Source: Eledone cirrhosa
Lineage: Eukaryota
Assembly (NCBI GenBank): GCA_964016885.1
Contig: OZ024762.1
Span: forward strand, 13,454,001-13,517,924
Reading direction: 5' to 3'
DNA length: 63,924 nucleotides
Shown here: positions 60,583 to 63,924 of the stretch, in pieces
How the letters are laid out: each line of letters begins with the position of its first letter
How positions within the stretch are numbered: the stretch's first letter is position 1
Position numbers and translations under genes: made by a program
Notes under the pieces: generated by a model
Told to the model about the DNA's origin: nothing
Seen by the model: the letters and a program-made list of their open reading frames with translations, nothing else
The model's database searches: none

Positions 60583-60589
60583 TACTAAC

Positions 60590-60925
60590 ATAACACAAGG
60601 TCAGTGATTTTGAAGGAGAGATATTGTTATCTATGATATCAAACCCAGTACTTGGCTGCTACTTATTTTAGTAACCCTGGGATGAAAAGTAAAAAATAGA
60701 GAAAAATATAGAAATAAATCTCAATTTGACGTCGACTGGAATTGAACTGAGGAAGTACAGAGGTGAAACAATGTAGTCTATTAAATTAAACACAGTACTT
60801 GACTGCTACTTATTGTGGCGACCCTGGCATGGAAAAAGAAACAATAACAAAATATAATAATGACGATATAGAAATAAATCTCAAGTTGACCTCAACTGGA
60901 ATTGAACTGAGGACGTGAAGAGGTG
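60590..60925 (-). mobile_element. Two tandem degenerate minus-strand SINE copies
   Basis: cagtacttg.ctgctacttatt...accctgg.atg...atatagaaataaatctcaa.ttgac.tc.actggaattgaactgagga occurs twice. Confidence 0.55.
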
Positions 60926-61130
60926 AAATTACACCAAGGAAGATATTTTAATAATCTGAGTTGGGAAACAATTGACTGAAAGAACATATAAGTGTGGAGG
61001 GAGAGGGAGAAATATATATATATATATAGAGAGAGAGATAGAGGGAGATATATATAGAGAGAGGGAGAACAAGAGGGATATATATATATAGAGAGAGAAA
61101 GAGGAGGGAGAGAAGGAGAACAAGAGGGAG

Positions 61131-61162
<32 letters not shown>

Positions 61163-61302
61163 GCAGATATATATAGAGAGAAAGAGAGAGAAACAATTGA
61201 ATGAAAGAACATAAGTGGGGAGGAGAGGGATATATATATATATAGGGAGAGAGGGAGAACAAGAGAGGGATATATATATAGGGAGAGAGAGGGAGAAGAA
61301 GA

Positions 61303-61353
<51 letters not shown>

Positions 61354-61579
61354 GAACGGTGTAAGAGTGGAGAGAAAAGAGAGAGACTGTATATGCACAT
61401 ATATATATATATATATGTGTGTGTAGATAGAGAGGGGGAAGAGAAAGATACATACATGTATATTGGGGGGTTAGGGTGGGTGTGAAAATTATTTGTAAAT
61501 TCTCAGAATTTTTGAAAACACACACATTTGTTTGTATATATATATTTATATACATACATATATATATATATATATATAC

Positions 61580-61835
61580 ATACACCCCCACACATATATA
61601 TATATATACATATATATATATACATACACCCCCACACATATATATGTATACACCCCCACACATATATATATATATATATACACCCCCACACATATATATA
61701 TATATATACACCCCCACACACACATATATATATATACACCCCCACACATATATATATATACACCCCCACACACATATATATATATATATACACCCCCACA
61801 CACACATATATATATATACACCCCCACACATATAT
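61580..61835. repeat. Minisatellite ACACCCCCACAC + (AT)n
   Basis: About 9 copies. Confidence 0.9.
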
Positions 61836-61970
61836 ATATATGTATATATATATACATATATACATCCACACACACGCATATATGTATATATATATATTCA
61901 TATACACATATAAATATACATATCACACAAAAACACAACACATATGGAACCTACATACAAGTGCATAAAT

Positions 61971-62010
<40 letters not shown>

Positions 62011-62249
62011 ATATATATATGAGATACAATAGAACAGCCAACAACGACACGCTATACTACAAATAAAGAAGTCTACGAACTAAATATGAGACAATGGATT
62101 ATCTCCCCCTTCCCACCATATATAATAGTTCAAGCTGACGTCTATGGTTGTATTTACATAGAAATCCTTAAAGTTTCTACAGCTGTCCTCTTACAGAACA
62201 GCTTTCTCTTCAGATGTAGCTCCGTTTACACTTGATGACAGAATTGCAA

Positions 62250-63924
<1,675 letters not shown>

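Overview
Eukaryotic, very AT-rich window dominated by simple-sequence repeats ((TA)n, (CA)n, (GA)n, (TATC)n, (CAA/CAC)n, (CAT)n, (TAA)n). The repeat style and SINE-like families suggest an octopod cephalopod genome (inference only). Almost every ORF in the six-frame track is a microsatellite artefact, and no intact host gene can be identified, only weak candidate minus-strand exons. The non-microsatellite islands are mostly mobile-element debris: a Tx1/L1-type LINE with an APE endonuclease but no RT (58-60 kb), stacked LINE 3' ends in a (TATC)n tract, a deleted mariner, an RTE 3' end, a hAT-type MITE (8-bp TSD) built as a palindrome of two tRNA-like Pol III units, ~100-bp Tc1/mariner-type MITEs and tRNA-derived SINEs. 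The most striking signal is a cluster (31.6-39 kb, with outliers) of short non-coding elements inserted in (TA)n that carry type-I hammerhead ribozyme folds. One multi-copy family has the U3-A8 core variant, several copies form inverted (fold-back) pairs, and several share a GTATTGAGTAC motif downstream. This fits Penelope-like pseudo-LTRs or retrozyme-like elements. All folds and alignments were done by eye.
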